A stretch of 28,737 nt of DNA from a bacterium (GTDB taxonomy: Bacteria; CALINM01): the NCBI GenBank assembly GCA_041640455.1, contig JBEQAF010000020.1, positions 1-28,737 of the forward strand. Reading direction: 5' to 3'. Under the pieces are notes generated by a model, which was given only the letters and a program-made list of their open reading frames with translations, had not been told where the DNA came from and made no database searches. Shown piece by piece: positions 26,386 through 28,737 of this stretch; the stretch's first letter is position 1; each line of letters starts with the position of its first letter. Position numbers and translations under genes: made by a program.

Positions 26386-27541
26386 TTATTTTCTCCTTCA
26401 GTTCAATGGGTATTTTTATACCGAATTTAGACCCCTTTTTCCATTCACTCTCAAAATAGACCTCACCCTGTAATAACCCGACAAGCTTTTTAACAATAGT
26501 TAATCCCAAACCGGTTCCCTCATATTTTTTTGTCTTGGCATCCTCAACCTGGCTGAATGCAACAAAAAGTTTGTCCTGATTCTCCTTTTTTATGCCACAA
26601 CCAGTGTCCTCAACCTCAATAATAACCTGATCATTGTCATTCTTAGAGCTTATCTTTATATATCCTTTTTCAGTAAACTTAATCGCGTTGCTTACCAGAT
26701 TAAGTAGAATCTGCCTTAGCTTTACATAATCAGTGTATAGTTCAAGATCCTCATTTATCTGAACTATCAGATCTATCTGCTTATTTTTCTTTAATATGGA
26801 TGCATTATCAAGAATATCCTTTATCAGTTCATCAAGTTTAAATTTTTCGGGGATAACCTCAATCTTTCCAGCTTCAATTTTTGATAGATCAAGTATGTTT
26901 GATATGACAATTTTCAGACTGTTTGCAGAGGTTTCAAGAATATTTATTATCATATCGGCATTTTTCAGGTCATTATCTTTTATGTTTTTTTTCAGAATCT
27001 CAAGGGCACCAATAATGACATTGGTTGGAGACCTTAGCTCATGAGTGACATTTGATATGAACTGATTTTTAATCTCATTTATGGCTTCAAGCTCCTTTGT
27101 TTTTGCCTGAGCTAACTCCTGTTGTACTAAAAGATTAGCCAGATTGTTGGTCTGTTCAATAATCAGATTTTTTATTGAGACCAGCCCTTCATATTCGCCC
27201 ATCTGATTAATTACAACTATTTCATCATATACATTATCAGTCTTTCTTTTAAGAGCCTTGTTAACTACTGAGTCCAGAGGCTCATCGTAGCTTACCGCAA
27301 GGAAATCGGGGGTTGCTAATTTTATAATCTCTTTTTTCTGATATAATTCAAAGGCGTATCTTTCGGTAAGTTTTGTAAGAAACTTCTGTTTTATTATCAG
27401 TCCGATAGGCTTTTTATCATTATTACATATGGCTATGGAGTCTTTAATAGTGCCTCTTAAAAAGTTATCAAAGAGATCTTTTACAAGAATCTTATCTGAA
27501 ATAAAGTCTTTGGTGAATATGAGCTTGCCGATCTTTTCCAT
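26360..27541 (-). CDS. Soluble sensor histidine kinase with an N-terminal CBS-pair-like domain
   Basis: H box VTHELRSP, N box NLVSNAIKFT, G1 DTGCGI and G2 GTGLGL; no transmembrane segment. N-terminal KPIGLII and IVVI...YEGLVSIKNL are CBS-type strands. Confidence 0.92.
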   Translation of the reverse strand: MEKIGKLIFTKDFISDKILVKDLFDNFLRGTIKDSIAICNNDKKPIGLIIKQKFLTKLTERYAFELYQKKEIIKLATPDFLAVSYDEPLDSVVNKALKRKTDNVYDEIVVINQMGEYEGLVSIKNLIIEQTNNLANLLVQQELAQAKTKELEAINEIKNQFISNVTHELRSPTNVIIGALEILKKNIKDNDLKNADMIINILETSANSLKIVISNILDLSKIEAGKIEVIPEKFKLDELIKDILDNASILKKNKQIDLIVQINEDLELYTDYVKLRQILLNLVSNAIKFTEKGYIKISSKNDNDQVIIEVEDTGCGIKKENQDKLFVAFSQVEDAKTKKYEGTGLGLTIVKKLVGLLQGEVYFESEWKKGSKFGIKIPIELKEKINEEKNIYH

Positions 27542-27569
27542 ACTTAACTCCTTATCTGACTGAGATAAG

Positions 27570-27624
27570 ATTTTAAGTATGGATTTTTAAACAGCAATTA
27601 AGGATAATTTAAAAAAGTGTTAAA
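27570..27624 (-). promoter_or_regulatory. Pho-box-like array of four 11-bp-phased repeats with a downstream -10 element
   Basis: Minus strand reads TTAACACTTTT-TTAAATTATCC-TTAATTGCTGT-TTAAAAATCCA; TTAA starts at 27623, 27612, 27601 and 27590. TAAAAT lies at 27575-27570. Confidence 0.55.
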
Positions 27625-27627
27625 ATT

Positions 27628-28314
27628 CTATTTATTGTCTTTACAGATATTGGATTCTTCGAACTCGGTATGCCTTATTATCTTACCCTCTATAAGATAG
27701 ATAATCATCTCTGCCATGTTGACCGCATGATCTGCAATCCGCTCAATATATTTAGTAATGTAAGATATTTTCACTGCTCTTGATATCTTCTTTGGATCTT
27801 CTATCATAAAAAGGGTAAGCTCATTGGCTATCTGTCTCATCAGGAGATCCACATCATCATCGCTTTTGATAACTTTGCAGGCAAGAGCTTTATCCTTAGC
27901 CAGAAAGGCATCTATGGTATTTTTAACCATATCCTTTGCAATCATTGCCATTCTTGGCAGGTCAATATAAGGTTTTAGTGGCGGCTCCTCATTAAGCTCT
28001 ATAACCCTTTCACAAATATTAACAGCCATATCACCTATTCTTTCCAGATCAGATGTCATCTTCATCATAGTGATTATCTCTCTCAGATCTTTAGCCTTTG
28101 GCTGTCTTAATGCTATAAACTTTATGCAGTCCTCATCAATAGAAACATCAAGGCTGTTTACCTTTCTGTCTCTTGCCATAACGCCCTCTGCAAGCCTTGA
28201 ATCTCTGTCAAGTAGTGCTTTAATAGCATCTGCAATCTGAGTCTGAACAATCTCTGCCATCTGAAGCAGTTTATTTTCTATATCTTTAATATTCTGATCT
28301 ATTAATGTCATCAT
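27628..28314 (-). CDS. phoU: Phosphate signalling complex protein PhoU
   Basis: Two PhoU repeats: QPKAKDLR...DLERIGD.A.NI and DDDVD...YIERIADHAVNMAE. Confidence 0.97.
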   Translation of the reverse strand: MMTLIDQNIKDIENKLLQMAEIVQTQIADAIKALLDRDSRLAEGVMARDRKVNSLDVSIDEDCIKFIALRQPKAKDLREIITMMKMTSDLERIGDMAVNICERVIELNEEPPLKPYIDLPRMAMIAKDMVKNTIDAFLAKDKALACKVIKSDDDVDLLMRQIANELTLFMIEDPKKISRAVKISYITKYIERIADHAVNMAEMIIYLIEGKIIRHTEFEESNICKDNK

Positions 28315-28737
28315 TAGCTAAACCTCCCGGTTATATAATCCTCTGTTAACCTATTTTTAGGATTGGTAAATAGCTTTTCAGTTTCATCAAACTCAATCAT
28401 CTCGCCCAGATAGAAAAAAGCTGTATAGTCTGAAACTCTTGCAGCCTGTTGCATATTATGAGTTACAATTATGATGGTAACCTTATTTTTCAGCTCCACA
28501 ATAAGCTCCTCAATCTTAGAGGTTGCAATAGGATCAAGAGCTGATGTGGGCTCATCAAAGAGCAGTATCTCTGGATCAGATGCAAGAGCTCTTGCGATAC
28601 ATAATCGCTGCTGTTGACCGCCAGAAAGGTTGAATGCCACATCCTTGAGCTTATCCTTAACCTCATCCCATAGGGCAGCATTTTTAAGTGCTTTTACAAC
28701 TCTGTCCTCTATCTCAGTTTTATTTTTAATGCCTCTC
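28314..28737 (-). CDS. pstB: Phosphate ABC transporter ATP-binding protein, C-terminal part (starts beyond the right edge)
   Basis: The frame stays open to the window end: [11 protein letters not shown]...[14 protein letters not shown]...DEPTSALDP...[13 protein letters not shown]...[14 protein letters not shown] coupling to phoU. Confidence 0.97.
   Translation of the reverse strand, partial: RGIKNKTEIEDRVVKALKNAALWDEVKDKLKDVAFNLSGGQQQRLCIARALASDPEILLFDEPTSALDPIATSKIEELIVELKNKVTIIIVTHNMQQAARVSDYTAFFYLGEMIEFDETEKLFTNPKNRLTEDYITGRFS

Noticed and set aside
26023..27541. Calling the two-component pair phoR/phoB
   Set aside because: The kinase lacks transmembrane and PAS regions, and the regulator lacks the winged-helix DNA-binding domain.
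469..28681. The many short (60-120 aa) ORFs in the track that overlap larger genes, e.g. 469-681, 8461-8820, 9211-9573, 12350-12574, 25830-26018, 28490-28681
   Set aside because: They are antisense or off-frame shadows of well-supported genes and show no recognisable motifs.

Overview
AT-rich bacterial chromosomal window. The gene content suggests a Gram-negative anaerobe, possibly Desulfobacterota- or Nitrospirota-like (inference only). It is mostly housekeeping: guaB (partial), a hypothetical gene and ilvE; hemE-hemH-hemY; a GNAT gene; a DUF294 nucleotidyltransferase overlapping the end of smc; queF; metX-metW; a polar amino-acid ABC transporter; a tetraheme cytochrome c; and pstB (partial)-phoU followed by a soluble CBS-domain histidine kinase and a single-domain response regulator. 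The centre is a 9.1-kb gene for a 3048-aa surface protein with a beta-propeller-like head, one ASH-like domain, about 25 putative-Ig modules and a CFI-box-CTERM tail. The most notable observations are: (1) a roughly 390-nt island of sharply altered G/C strand skew inside the giant gene; (2) nested 3/6/12-module periodicity in its stalk; (3) four TTAA boxes at exact 11-bp spacing (Pho-box-like) before the CBS-kinase/receiver pair; (4) four genes with promoter-like motifs abutting Shine-Dalgarno-less ATGs; and (5) a repeat-rich ilvE/hemE intergenic region. No RNA genes, CRISPR arrays or mobile elements were recognised.
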